64,000 nt of DNA from Piedraia hortae CBS 480.64. Its lineage: Eukaryota. The notes below the pieces were generated by a model. The model was not told where the DNA came from and did not search any database. It saw only the letters and a program-made list of their open reading frames with translations. This document shows positions 1 through 11,660 of the stretch, piece after piece. How positions within the stretch are numbered: position 1 is the first letter of the stretch; each line of letters begins with the position of its first letter. Both the position numbers and the translations under genes were made by a program. The DNA lies in the NCBI GenBank assembly GCA_010093745.1, contig MU005959.1:176270-240269 (forward strand). The letters are read 5' to 3'.

Positions 1-1
1 T

Positions 2-787
2 GCTGCGCGTGACAAAGGCAGCGAGTTCGCATCCTCTATAGATCAGGTCACGCGTCCAGACAAGGAAAACGGTCTCGACTGGGCGGAATACGAACAGGAC
101 GACGAGCCTGAAGCAGGTAGCGTCCGCCACTACGCACTACTATCCCACGTCCCCATCGTTGGCGCCTTTCTCGATGAGAGCCTCTATTCCCTACGTCTCT
201 GGGCCATATCCAACGGTCTCGTAGCGAGTCCATCCACCTCCACCTCCACCTCTGGAACGGATGAATCACCACTCGTTCGCGAAGCCAAGAACCGCCTTAA
301 CTCCGCACAACAAGACCTGAACACGCAAAAGTCCTCCCTCGAAACGCACCGCAACGATCTCTCAGCAGGCCACTACGGCGAGAACGACATCTTCCGTGCA
401 CTCAAAGGCACCTGCGTGTCCACCGACTCGGGAGAATATACCTACGAGCTGTGCTTCATGGAGCACACGACACAAAAACCAAAAAAGGGCGGCGGACACG
501 TCAATATGGGCAACTATGTCCGCCTCGAAACGGTCACAGTCGACGAAGATCTACCAGCCGATGGAAAAGGTCTGGGATCAGGAGAGCGCATAGCCATGAA
601 ATTTGAAAATGGCCAGCATTGCTGGAATGGACCCAGTAGGTCGACAACCGCGATACTTGCGTGTGCAGAACAGAACGAGCTTTGGAAGGTCAGAGAGGAG
701 GAGAAGTGCGTTTACAGGCTAGAGGTCGGTACGCCTGCTGCTTGTGAAGAGCCAGTCTCGCAAGATGCGGTAAAGGATGAGCTGTAG
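2..787 (+). CDS. GTB1: Glucosidase II beta subunit (PRKCSH/MRH domain), 5' end outside window
   Basis: Frame open from base 2. MRH motifs GEYTYELC, NGQHCWNGPSRST, EEEKCVY..GTPAAC; C-terminal KDEL ER-retention signal. Confidence 0.92.
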   Translation, partial: AARDKGSEFASSIDQVTRPDKENGLDWAEYEQDDEPEAGSVRHYALLSHVPIVGAFLDESLYSLRLWAISNGLVASPSTSTSTSGTDESPLVREAKNRLNSAQQDLNTQKSSLETHRNDLSAGHYGENDIFRALKGTCVSTDSGEYTYELCFMEHTTQKPKKGGGHVNMGNYVRLETVTVDEDLPADGKGLGSGERIAMKFENGQHCWNGPSRSTTAILACAEQNELWKVREEEKCVYRLEVGTPAACEEPVSQDAVKDEL

Positions 788-1151
788 GCTTGTTTTTAAA
801 CAGTGTGTGCTGTGATAGACTGCTGCTTTGACGGATTTTTTAGGATGTATGAGACTGACAGACTCGTTCCTGAGAAGTTATAGTGACCATCTCAATTGCA
901 CTCGAAGTTAACCAATGCAAGCGCACACACACTCAAAAAAAAAATTTCCTTTCCAACCTGCCGGCGCGGTCCGATTCGTCTCGATTCACTTTCCATCTGA
1001 ACCAGAACTCGAACGTCGATCAATTATCATGTCCATAGTCTCCTCGATAGACCCACCGAATCCTCTCTGCAGCCAAAAAAATAAAAATAAAATAAGACTA
1101 GACCCAACATACCCAACCCCACTACTCCCTCCCCAAACCAAAAAAAAAAAA

Positions 1152-1240
1152 TGGACACTATGGGAATTGAACCCATGACCTTTCACAGTCACACATTTAA
1201 CAAATGCGAAGCGAAAATCATACCCCTAGACCAAGTGCCC
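1152..1240 (-). tRNA. tRNA-Ala(CGC) with 17-nt intron
   Basis: Minus strand GGGCACT..AGTGTCC-A acceptor stem with the G3:U70 Ala identity pair; anticodon arm TTCGC-TT-CGC-A; intron tttgttaaatgtgtgac; GGTTCAATTCC T-loop; downstream T-run terminator (A-run 1140-1151 on +). Confidence 0.93.
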
Positions 1241-1377
1241 TTGTTCTTATCATAATGTCCAACCAACCAATACATATCCATAGCTCATGCGGGGTATAGC
1301 CGAAGATCGCCCGACTGAACTTTATCAACCTTTGCCGTCTCTATCAGAAGTACTGCTGATTCAGAACCGAGTTCAAT

Positions 1378-2497
1378 ATGAACTCGACACACATCACGCG
1401 CACGTTCGCGCTCGAGAGGACAATACATCTACACGGCAGACTCTGTACTCGAGGATTCAGTTACTCAGCCGCGCTCGCCGCTGCGGCGAAGAAACCTTGG
1501 TATCAGCGTTTGAAGGATAGTTTTTTGCCGCGGTGGAGGGAGGCGGAGGAAGAGAAAGTTGCGAACCAGCTGCCGCAGCGAGAGGAGGAAGAGGAAGAGA
1601 GTGTTGTTACTGTGACGGATTCGGCGTGGACGCTGCGCAAGGGCTCGGGTGGGAGGAGGTGGAGATATCTCAATCCCGCGGAGGAGGGGGAGTATACACC
1701 CTCGTCGAACTGGGATGGGTTGGAGAGGATCCCCATTGGGGGTGGGAGGGTTTTTGAGGAGACTGAGAGGGATGCTTTGCGGTATAGTGGGTTTGTGCCA
1801 AAGGAGGCGAAAATTGAGGATCAGCAGTGGGTTAAGTTGATGCATCATGTTGTTGTTGAGGCATTTTTGATGCAGAGGAATGGGGTGTTGGAGAAGTTGT
1901 GTAATCACCGGACGGGAAAGGCGATGACGAGGCATGGGGCAATTGTTTTGAGGGATGGGCAGTTGGATGTTGCGATCTCGGATGATGTGGTTTCGTCGGT
2001 TGTGAAGCGTGCGAGTGATGCACTGCCTTCGGTGCATGATCTAAGAGAGGAGTTGGGGGAGGCGCTGGTTAAGGATACCATTCCGGGTGGGGTGAAATGG
2101 TCGAGGATCCCGCTGGGGAGTGATGAGCTCAAGTTTGCGGTTTGTGCGATCTTTATATGTGATGTTAATGGTTGCTGACGACGTTTAGATCTGCAAGAGG
2201 GTCGTTCAGCTTACGGGAAAACGCGTGACGGACAACGAGCTGCACAGAGTTAAGACGCTGGGCGACCTGTGTAATCTGTTCAAGGCCAAACCGAAGCCCA
2301 GGAAATTGGCCGAGACAACAGAGTTCAAGGAGCTTAGATGGGATATTCCAAATGTGGCCGTTTTCAAACGAAGGCAAACACCAATGGACAAAGACAAGAG
2401 CGTGGGCAGATGGAAAGTCATCAAGGAAGAGCTCGAAAAACGAGACCTTCCCATTACAGGATCGAGATATATCGGGGCAAAGCTCAAGGCGCGATAA
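1378..2497 (+). CDS. Mitochondrial large-subunit ribosomal protein mL50-like; exons 1378-2139, 2189-2497
   Basis: Removing intron 2140-2188 (GTTTGT..GCTGAC..TAG) gives LKFAICKRVVQLTGKRVTD..KPKPRKLAE..PNV..RRQTPMDKDKSVGRWKVIKEEL, typical of fungal Ribosomal_L50. Arg/Ala-rich presequence-like N-terminus. Confidence 0.8.
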
Positions 2498-2533
2498 TGC
2501 ATGCAACGTCTCTCCTACATGTAAGATAGTGTT

Positions 2534-2557
2534 GGGGGGGAGGGGGGGGGGGGGGGG
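2534..2557 (+). repeat. Poly-G tract G7-A-G16 between convergent mL50 and eIF3L stop codons
   Basis: Seen directly. Confidence 0.9.
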
Positions 2558-2573
2558 TATAAAATGTACAGAA

Positions 2574-4070
2574 TTAGTACGTTCTCGCGAGATTGCGTAT
2601 GTACCAGTCAATCAGCCGCCGGCCAACTTTGGCCTCGGAAACGTGGATGAGATCGCCCTGCATTGTGTAGTCGAGATCACTGCTGTTGACCACATCGCCC
2701 TCCAGTAAACCACCCTCGCTGTGTCTAATCTGCCGCGAGCGCTGCTTGTTGATGAGCAGCCAACTGCGCAGCGTTTCAGCGTCGACATCGAGGAAGCCGG
2801 CCAGCTTCTTCAAGTCCATGGTCGTGTACAGCTTGAGATAGCTGCGCACAAGGGGACAGTGCATGTTGTTCTTAACGTCATCCATGAAGATAGCCAGCTG
2901 GTGTTCGAGAGGGTCGATGTTCGAGGCGGGATTGTCGAAATCGGGTGGGGTAGGCGCGATGAACTTGGGGCAGGCAGTTTGGAAAAGCTCCTCAAAGATC
3001 GGGAGAGACTCGGGCCCGCCTCGCTGCATGCGCGTCAGCTGCTCGCCATATTTCTCGCGTAGCGCCGTGTGGATGGTGTCGTCAAGTCGCGTAGGGCTAA
3101 GAGCAACGCAGATGGCGACAAGGGCGTACATTTGATCGACCCGCTTGTGGATGTTGTCGTACTGCGCGCCCTTTTGGAAGTTCTTTGTGCGCGATACGAA
3201 GACCAGAATGTGGTTGAACATGCGCAGTGCATCGGCGTAGCGCTGCATCATCATGTAGCTGAAGCCGACATAGTAATACGTGTCGACGTTGGCCGCCGTG
3301 ACGCGGGCAAACATAGCCTTCTTATTGAGCTCAATGTGGTCTAGAGTCTTCAGGGCCAGACTGAAATCACCCAGCAGACAGTGCACGCGCAGCAGGCCGA
3401 TAATGGAGAAGTATCCCAGCATATGGTAGAGGTTCTTGCTGCCGTATTCACCCGCAAACTGTGCTGGGTCCTGGCCGCGCTTCCGCGCCTCTAGCTGCTC
3501 GATGATGTTGGACCGTTGTATAAGCGAGTACAGCACGTTCAGCACCGAATAGCAGCCCCATGCGTTCGGATTGTCCCGTAGCAAAGCAATCTCCTCGTCG
3601 TTGGCCTGTCCTGAGGTCTGTTGAAAGGCCACCCGCTGGCGGTGCGCACAGAATGAGTTGAATTGGTAGATGAACTCGTCAATCACATCCCACGCCCAGT
3701 ATGTCTGGCAGTCTGTTAGCACGAGCACCCCCAGCAGCTATCTCTCACTCACCGATGGCAGCTCAATGTCTACCGGGCCCTCGCTGTTGAGGATGAAATG
3801 GAAAAGGTTGCAGTAGCTGTCGTAGCTCTGCATCTTCATCTCCGTCGAAGCTTGGTATTCTAGTGGTGTTGCAGCCGCCTGGAGCTGTGCCTGGAGGTCC
3901 TGCGCTCCGCCGAGCGACGCCGACCGGTCCAAGTCGTAGTCTTCTCCATCTTGATAGCCTACTTGTTCCCGGTAGTCGTTGGCGAGCGCCTCCTCCTCCA
4001 CGTCTGAGTCATCGTTCATCTGTCTTTCCGCACTTCCTTGCTGGTATTCGTAGGCTTGTCGCACCGACAT
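2574..4070 (-). CDS. Translation initiation factor eIF3 subunit L; exons 4070-3753, 3704-2574
   Basis: Intron 3705-3752 (GTGAGT..GCTAAC..CAG) joins IELPS to TYWAWDVIDEFIYQF. Motifs LGYFSIIGLLRVHCLLGD, ACPKFI, RSYLKLYTTM. Confidence 0.95.
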
Positions 4071-4521
4071 TCTTGTCCGCGAATCTGCAGTCTATCGCTG
4101 ATTTGACGTGAGTGCGGAACCGTGCCGTGGTGGTGCGAACTCTTGGCAAACTTGTGAGAGCTGTGATTTGAGGTTGACGGCATGCTATGCTCGAACGGTA
4201 CTAGCGCCGCTGTTCGGAATTGTGGATATCTGAACGGCTGGTCCTTATCGTTGACTCTTTTGCATCAACTGTCATCCGACAACCCGTTGGAAGCTGGAAT
4301 GGAATAGAGTATAAGATTGGAAAGGTCACAACGAACATCTGGGGTGCATTCTGCATGACAGCTCTCATTTCCTTGAAACAACTCATACTTCCATAGCACA
4401 GATAACTGGGAATTCGGTATCTGTACTGTGGCACCTTAGTTAGCTGCAAGCAAGAGTACCCACTTTTTGCGGGGGCTTAGCAGTCTGCAACGATAGAGAA
4501 CACTGGAGAGCATCTAACACG

Positions 4522-5497
4522 ATGGCACCAGTTTATAAAGTGGCCGTGATCCAAATGCACCCAGAGGTGACCGAACCTAGCAAATGCCAGCTCTAAAACT
4601 GATAGACCACATGCCAGCCCATGCAGATGGAGTCCAATTATGCCAAAGCAGCCAACTTCATCGAATCTGCCGCCTTACAAGGCGCACATCTTGCTGTCCT
4701 TCCCGAATACCATCTCCTAGGTTGGACTCCGGCTCACAAAGATTTCAAGCATTCCTGCAGCCTATGGCAGACCTACCTCTCACGGTACCAATCTCTTGCA
4801 AAGGCCCATCAGATTAACATAGTGCCGGGAACTATACTGGAGCTTCTTGATCAAGGACTTCCATCTGAGAGAATAGAAAACGTAGCATATTTCATCACCT
4901 CCACCGGCGAAATTGCCGGGCGCTATGTGAAGAAGAACCTCTGGGGTCCCATAGAGCGCCAGCATTTGTTCTCTTCTTCTACCGATCTGCATCCAGTCAT
5001 GGACACGCCACTGGGAAAAGTCGGTCTTCTTATCTGCTGGGACCTGGCTTTTCCCGAGGCATTCCGTGAGCTCATAGCTCAAGGCGCCAAGATCGTCATT
5101 ATTCCAACATTTTGGACGCTGAACGATTGCACCTATACTGGCAAAGCTGTCAAGCTTGACGCCGAAGCCCTATTCTTGAACAGCATGCTCACGGCAAGAT
5201 GCTTTGAAAACACTTGCGGTGAGCCCTTGCACAGTCGTAAAAGAGGATTGCTTTGACTGACGCATTTTAGCCATCGTATTCGCCAACGCTGGCGGTCCAC
5301 TAGAAGAGGGCTACGCTGGCCTTTCGCAAGTTTGCGTTCCCTTTGCAGGTCCCTTGACCCGATTGGAGACATCGGCAGAAGGAATGGCGATAGCTGATCT
5401 CGATATGAAGGTTGTAGAGTACGCGGAGGAGGCTTACCAGGTTAGATCGGATCTTGCCAGGAGTGACTGGTACTACAAGTACCGGCATCAGAGTTAA
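4522..5497 (+). CDS. Carbon-nitrogen hydrolase (nitrilase superfamily); exons 4522-4566, 4618-5218, 5271-5497
   Basis: MAPVYKVAVIQ start; catalytic triad E (VLPEY), K (YVKKNLW), C (ICWDLAFPE). Introns 4567-4617 and 5219-5270 restore the frame to ..IVFANAGG..YAGLSQV..YKYRHQS*. Confidence 0.9.
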
Positions 5498-6099
5498 AGA
5501 CTGGCTTGCACAGATCTGTGTTTACCATGTATATCTGTTTCAATGGTCGGAAATCAAGATCATGGTAAGAGCGCGGCCACACGAGGCCGGGCCCTTCATC
5601 TTTCCCGCAGTTTCACTCTGTTGAGCGTTCATCTTCTACCTAGGCTCGTGTGTATAAAGATACCTATTTATGGAAAGACGAAGGCCTTTCACTGCTGACA
5701 AATTTACGTTGAAATGCCAAGAGTTTTAAAAAAAAATGCCACGGCCGCACTTGCACTCACATTAACACACGGCGTGTTACACACCACTTGCGCTGCGTTA
5801 TTCCGATGCATCCAGACGCACAGCTGGGAGTCTCTGGTGCCTTCCTGCCCTCCTTGTATTCAACCTCTTCCCTCATTCGTAGCTCGACGAGAGTCAACGT
5901 CTTCTCACGGCCATTTGAGCTGTTCCTATCTCCACTTAGGAGGCTCCCCTCACATTGAGTATTATCTGGGCCCACTATCAACCATTTCAGCAGGCAATTT
6001 AGTACAGCGAGGGCAAAGTCACTGATGCAAGGACGTGAATGAGAAGCGAGATGGTAAGCCAAACCACGGAAAACGTCCTAGAGTCAAGGGCGACTAAAG

Positions 6100-7020
6100 A
6101 CAGACTGTGAACATTGCAACTCGTCCACGCACGCGGATGCAAATCGCAGGCCCCAATATCCTAAAAACGCACAATCAATTGAAAAGACAAGATTGCAACG
6201 ACAAGAAAATGAAGTCCGGCCGCATAGGTCCTACATGGCACTTATCATGCCCACGGCCGCTAGCTTCTCTATAACAGCCTTACGCGCAGTCATGGACCCT
6301 GAAGCGTTCATCCCAGACTCAGGAAGTTCACACCACATGTATAATAACCAATATTCGCTGGAAGACTTGAATCCCTTTGATGATACAGCTGAGACTGCGG
6401 AAAGGCAGTGAGCAACCTGGCAACTTCGGTGCTACCGTATGTATGCGGGGAGCTGGAGATGACACCGTCTTTGGCCACCTCGACCTATGTCGACGCCTGG
6501 GCATACTTCGAAGACTTGGAAAACTGGCCCAGAGTTTTTTCTCCAAACTGCCCGAATATTTGCACGTGTTACGGGTATTGACCTGTATCATAGCTCGTGG
6601 GCATGGATCATGGACGATGACTCTGTAGTCCTTAAGAGAGGTGGTGTCAGAGCAATGCTCCCACCGGATTTCACGGAATTGTGGATGCGCAACATCTTTC
6701 CCATGCACAATAATCGCCTACACCGCAAGATCACCTTGCATGGAAGGGTTAGAGGGAGACAGTACTCGAGCGCCACGAGCTGCATGAAGAGACAAAGAAC
6801 GTCCACGATGGTGATGGCCACGCATATGGCACCCAGGTCTGATTTTGGCAACACATAAAGCCATCCGCACTTGCTGCGCGTGCCAGCTGATGGAAAGTCC
6901 CGACCTAACGCTGCCGGACTTCAGCCCGATACATGTGCCCCTCCTCTACAGCATTGGGGCATGCACCACACTGACTGGAGCAAATGGACGGAAGAGGGAG
7001 GAAATCAGTGGGCGGGGCTT
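6100..7020 (+). mobile_element. Heavily decayed, internally deleted Ty1/copia retrotransposon
   Basis: Motifs in copia order across shifting frames: zinc knuckle C-EH-C-NSST-H-ADAN-(R); protease FIPDSGSSHHM; pre-integrase CRRLG; integrase RAML..LW..NRL; RT end ESPDL..APPLQHW; RNase H TDW..RKSVGG. Confidence 0.75.
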
Positions 7021-7039
7021 CGCAGGATGGCAGGTTGAG

Positions 7040-7383
7040 TAATCAAGCAGGAGACGGAATCACGTTCAAAAACGCGGACTGGGCAGCAGTAGCAAGGGCA
7101 GTCAACGCACGATTCAGGGTTAACGTCAGCCTCGAAAAGTGCCGATCCAAGTATGACTACCACAAGTTGATATCGGAGTCTTGGTGCAAGGCACCTAGAC
7201 GGTCTTTCAAGGTCGGGCACCAACGCAGACGGTGTCCCCACCAATGACTCGGATGTTGAGGATGCTTATTTCACGAGTCACAAGGGAATCAAGTATTTCC
7301 GAGATCGCAAGCCCGAGTTCTCTGAGGAGCTACAGCACATCTTAGGCCATGTGCATCCAAATAGTGCTGAGCCGATAAACTGA
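7040..7383 (+). pseudogene. Myb/SANT-like DNA-binding domain remnant, frameshift near 7190
   Basis: GITFKNADWAAVARAVNARF..LEKCRSKYDYHK..W, then in the next frame HLDGLSRSGTNADGVPTNDSDVEDAYFTSHKGIKYFRDRKPEFSEELQHILG. Matches the Myb_DNA-bind_3-type pattern. Confidence 0.65.
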
Positions 7384-8052
7384 TCAACACTTCTTGGACG
7401 TCCGAGCAATGAACTGTGGGAATGTCACATGACATCAACCTCGCCCTTTTATATAGAGATGAGTTGAGTAGTAGCGACTTGAGAGGGACCGAGTAAAAAA
7501 GGTCGGTAGCTCGCGGGGAAAGAGGGCATGAATATAATTCGGAGGGAGAAGATACGAGACAGAGATAGAGTCTGTTTCTCATAGTTCCCAATTTCACAAG
7601 TTGGCCCAGTGGATATTTGAAACGGCGTCAATCTGAATCTTAAATGTAACACAGCTGATTTTTCTTGTTTCTGCCAAGTCTCAACCAATCAATGGGAATA
7701 GAAAACCTGTGACCACGAAAAAAGCCATCTTCATGCCCACTCCGACTTTATTCCCAGACCCCACCACAGTGACCCAACAACCACGAACCAAATGATTTCC
7801 TTCCACTCCCTTCACCGAAAAAATTACCCTTCGTATATACCACCCATAGTAATACAGTCAGAGGCTTACCCACGACCGACCCTACGAATCTCCCAATCCC
7901 TATCACAGTCCTCCCCAAACCCCACGAGGAAGAATCACTACACACAAACACCCCATTCCCTGGTCCCCATCACGGTGAATCCCTAAGCGGAATCTACTGA
8001 TCTTCTCTCCTCCATTCAAAGAGTTTTTCTCTTTTTCCACATTTTCAGGAAA

Positions 8053-8964
8053 ATGTCGCACTCAGGTTCAAGATACACGGGTTTTCAATCATCGGTCGGG
8101 CATGGCAGTCATGAGAGTCATGAAAGTCATGGTGCTCACGGTAGAGCGGGCGGAGCTGGTGGACAGCCTGGACAACCCGGCCAACCTGGCGGAGGAGGTG
8201 GCTATTCCCGCCGGTCGGGCTACAGCGGGCATGTCTACAGCGGCGATTCTTCCCACCACGGCAGTGGAAGGGGTAGTCGTTCCCACCATTCTGGCCCGAG
8301 CAGAAGCGTTCACGGCGAGACCACACGCGGCGGTGGAGCAGCGGGCCAATCCCACCGCTCCGTCCAGAGTAAAACCGCCCTCGGCGGAGCCAGTGCGTCC
8401 CACCGCCCCAGTCAAAACCGAGGCCTCCAATGCGGCAACCCCTCCCACATCGGCCCCTCAAATGTAGATGGAGGCAGCGCCTCCTACCGCACGAGCCAAA
8501 TCCGAACCCTCCAAGGCGGGGATCCCTCCCACGTCAGTCCCTCAGCCAGCACCCGTCTCCACCAACCCAGCGCATCCGAAGAATTCAGCTACCCCTTCCC
8601 CCTCCGCTACAAAGCCGTGGCCTTATACAACGAGAAACACCCCAACTCCCAAGCCACCGTTCCGAGCTACGAGGTAATGGCCTCAAAGTTCTGGTCCGTA
8701 AGCCTCCCTGAGGGGTTGTTGAAGGCTCATTCATCGATTTTCGATAACTTCGACATCGCGCGGGATCCCAATGTGACAGTCGAGAAGTGGTTCAGGGAGA
8801 GATATATTTGTACATTTGTATTGCTGCATGCCCTTCGAAGGAGGATGGAAAGGCAATATGATTTAAGTCCCCCGTCGGATGAGGAGCTGGTTGAGATGGA
8901 TAATTGGGTTGCGGGGCATGCACAGCATCTGCATATGCTTTTGGAGGATGTTTCGCGTGTTTGA
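8053..8964 (+). CDS. Hypothetical protein: Gly/Ser/His-rich N-terminus plus ~120-aa predicted helical C-terminal domain
   Basis: 303-aa ATG-started ORF in good context (GAAAATG); no family recognised. Confidence 0.6.
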   Translation: MSHSGSRYTGFQSSVGHGSHESHESHGAHGRAGGAGGQPGQPGQPGGGGGYSRRSGYSGHVYSGDSSHHGSGRGSRSHHSGPSRSVHGETTRGGGAAGQSHRSVQSKTALGGASASHRPSQNRGLQCGNPSHIGPSNVDGGSASYRTSQIRTLQGGDPSHVSPSASTRLHQPSASEEFSYPFPLRYKAVALYNEKHPNSQATVPSYEVMASKFWSVSLPEGLLKAHSSIFDNFDIARDPNVTVEKWFRERYICTFVLLHALRRRMERQYDLSPPSDEELVEMDNWVAGHAQHLHMLLEDVSRV

Positions 8965-9067
8965 GGGGTGGATGATGGGTTGGGATGAAAGGTAAGTGGT
9001 GTGTATGTAGTTAGTGAAGCGGAGAGGAAAGTTTTCAATAAGGTTTGTATTGCCATACAGAGCTTTT

Positions 9068-9550
9068 TTAATACAGTTTGGGCAACTTCTTCGCGGGAAA
9101 AAGTTCACCTCGTGCGGTTTTGTAGCTGGAAACTGAGCTTCTGTTCGACGCCAGTTGCATCGGTGGCAGCGGCAGATCTTTTTCCGAGTACCGCACAATC
9201 TGATCTCTGGGCGGCGGGTCAAAATGACCTGTCCTCTCACCGCGCAGGTCAGCAATCGAACCGTGGTTAGGTCCTTGGTTCGGGCCTGTGGGAGCGCTCT
9301 CGTAGAAAGCGGGAGGTACCTGTGTGAGAGCAAAAGCGGGGAGGATAGGAAGAGCTTTCAGCATTTGCGTTCGATACAGATCCCTCACCGGTGTTGCTTT
9401 CCCGCAGGGACACCCGAGGTCAAGAGTCAGTCCGATATTTGTATTGTGAAACGCGTGATTTGGACGCATCGCAGTGAGTTCTTGGCTGAGGGTGGTATGC
9501 GGGCACATATAGTTCGTTCGAGACAATGGATTAGTTTCAACAAAAGGCAT
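9068..9550 (-). CDS. Hypothetical protein, possible in-frame intron ~9320-9388
   Basis: Open frame from ATG 9550 (MPFVETNPLSRTNYMCPH..). A GTGAGG..CTCACACAG segment could be a 69-nt intron. No recognisable domain. Confidence 0.35.
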   Translation of the reverse strand: MPFVETNPLSRTNYMCPHTTLSQELTAMRPNHAFHNTNIGLTLDLGCPCGKATPVRDLYRTQMLKALPILPAFALTQVPPAFYESAPTGPNQGPNHGSIADLRGERTGHFDPPPRDQIVRYSEKDLPLPPMQLASNRSSVSSYKTARGELFPAKKLPKLY

Positions 9551-9683
9551 TGTTTTATTGTATCGTTCTTGACACAGCACAGTAACACTATGACGCATGG
9601 GCTGTTGCCGTCTGTCTTCCTCTTGCCTCGGAAGATGGCGACTAAGAGTATTTTGCCCAGCCGGCATTACTTTGCCATGTAGG

Positions 9684-10538
9684 TCAACCGTCAGTACGTT
9701 GTCGTTCCATCTCACAATGCAATTCTTTGACCGTCAAAGGCACCTTTGTGTCATCCCAGGAAGCCTTCTCATTTCCAGCAAAGCCCTCCAGACTGAGCAT
9801 TGCAACGACAAGGAACCCAAGTTGTTCTCTGTCCACGTCAAAAACCTCCCACCACTCGACTTCGGGGAGTTTGACACCGGTTTGACGAGCGGCAAGATAG
9901 ATCGCCGCAGCCGCAATCGCCGTAGGCTGATGAGTGAGGTACAGCAATTGAGGACTCAACAAGGCCGAATTTAGCAGAGCAAAAACCCTCTTTGCCAGCC
10001 TCGATCCCGTTGTTGGAGTACGCTGGAACACCTCCAAAGTCTGCAGGTAGTTGATACTCACGCAATACGGCAAAGCCACTTGCGTCTGGAAGCCAATGGT
10101 GCGCAAGACCTCGCTTTCGATTTTGAACATGCGAGCCTTGGCAAGCTCGTAGTCACCATTAGAGAACCTCCAGTTTTTAGGTATAGCAGTCAAATGAGTG
10201 ATGTTCTCTTCCTTCAAAACCCCAAAAACAATGCACACGCTTCGCGCACTGAGGGTAAATGCCGATGGCTTGGCTGAAAGGTACAATGCAGCAGCAGCTA
10301 CATCTCGAGCATCGAATTCGAGCAAACTGCCTCCTTCGGGTCCCACTAGGTATCGTTGGACCAGGACAATAGCTGAAGCAATGATCTCCTGCGGTACGGA
10401 AAGTAATGTTCCTGCGGTTTGAACAAGACGAAAGGTTTCATAGCGCACAGAGTCTTCAAGACTTTTGGTCAAGCCGTCTAGCTGGGAAGCAGAGGTTTCC
10501 AATTGAGACGACGAGGCGAGAGGATTTTCGAGGTTCAT
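9684..10538 (-). CDS. Cyclin L-like cyclin
   Basis: NPLAS..QLETSASQLDG..LVQTAGTLLSVPQEIIASAIVLVQR; AAALYLSAK; ESEVLRTIGF; second cyclin box IAAAAIYLAAR..LPEVEWWEVFDV. Confidence 0.85.
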   Translation of the reverse strand: MNLENPLASSSQLETSASQLDGLTKSLEDSVRYETFRLVQTAGTLLSVPQEIIASAIVLVQRYLVGPEGGSLLEFDARDVAAAALYLSAKPSAFTLSARSVCIVFGVLKEENITHLTAIPKNWRFSNGDYELAKARMFKIESEVLRTIGFQTQVALPYCVSINYLQTLEVFQRTPTTGSRLAKRVFALLNSALLSPQLLYLTHQPTAIAAAAIYLAARQTGVKLPEVEWWEVFDVDREQLGFLVVAMLSLEGFAGNEKASWDDTKVPLTVKELHCEMERQRTDG

Positions 10539-10841
10539 TGGCAGAAAGCTAGTCGCATTTGTTGCTAGCGTAAGTCGGAGAATTTGGGTGACAGAGTGCT
10601 AAATGTCACGCATCCGATATGCACGACATTTGGCATCTGCGCACTGTGGCTGAAATATTACGTCACTGAACCCAGATGAAACGCAGAAAGCTGTGGCAGT
10701 GCATGGATACATATCATATTGAATATACTACTACACAATACACTCATTCAAAACTAGGGCGAGTCTCCAGTCAAGGACCTCGGATATAATAATACATTTT
10801 GCCACTGCTTGGGCTCATCATCACGATGAAAATTCGATCCG

Positions 10842-11660
10842 TCACCTGTTGGACTTGCGCTGTTTTCCGCTAAAGCTCCTGCGGGAGCCTTTGGGGTCCT
10901 GTTCGGTCCCTGGAGTACCATAGGGTTTTGCCGGCCCTTCTATATATGATGGGTGGTAAAGTGGATCAGGAGGAGCGTGTGATTGGGCCCAGGGATACTG
11001 CTGTTGTGGGCGCGGTGGATAGCGGACCGCTCTCAGATTATCATGAAGTCGTACTGTATTCTGTCGATCTGGCTTTCCTTCCATTGATCTGCCAGAACAT
11101 TGGCTAGCCGCGACAGCTCCTATGCTCTTGTTGTTGGCGGGCAATGCTTCTTTCTCAAGAGTGTTACGCCGGCTTCCATTGTATGCGGTCGTTGGCCGAG
11201 CCACACTGCTGGTACTCCTGGCAAATCGCGCATCTCCACGATGTGGATAGCTGAAGTTTGTTTGTGTAGGACTCGTTTGACCTCGATTATCCACCAAGTC
11301 TTGCGTGGTACTCGACTGAGACCAGGTCAGGTCAGTTGTGTCATCCATGGTGTCTGAAAGCGTTGGTTGTCGGAGTAAGGAAGACCCTGATGTTGCACTA
11401 GACATTACTCGTTGTCTTCCGTCTGAAGTTCCCGCATCGCTGTCCACACTTGTGTCGGTGACGGAGAGCTTACGAATCGCGTCCGAGTTGGTCCTCGAAT
11501 CATCGGCTGAGATTAAACCGGGAATGTTGTTGCTTCCATGTGCGGAGTCGACCGGTCTCCTGTCGCCGGGTCCACGCGATGCACTCGACTGTTTCTTGTC
11601 CTTTTTGTTGCTGAACAGGCCCCTCAGCCGCGGGCGTCTGCTGTCCTTGTCTGATGTCAT
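10842..11660 (-). CDS. Hypothetical low-complexity Ser/Thr/Arg-rich protein
   Basis: 272-aa ATG ORF with disordered-protein composition; no domain recognised. Confidence 0.55.
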   Translation of the reverse strand: MTSDKDSRRPRLRGLFSNKKDKKQSSASRGPGDRRPVDSAHGSNNIPGLISADDSRTNSDAIRKLSVTDTSVDSDAGTSDGRQRVMSSATSGSSLLRQPTLSDTMDDTTDLTWSQSSTTQDLVDNRGQTSPTQTNFSYPHRGDARFARSTSSVARPTTAYNGSRRNTLEKEALPANNKSIGAVAASQCSGRSMEGKPDRQNTVRLHDNLRAVRYPPRPQQQYPWAQSHAPPDPLYHPSYIEGPAKPYGTPGTEQDPKGSRRSFSGKQRKSNR

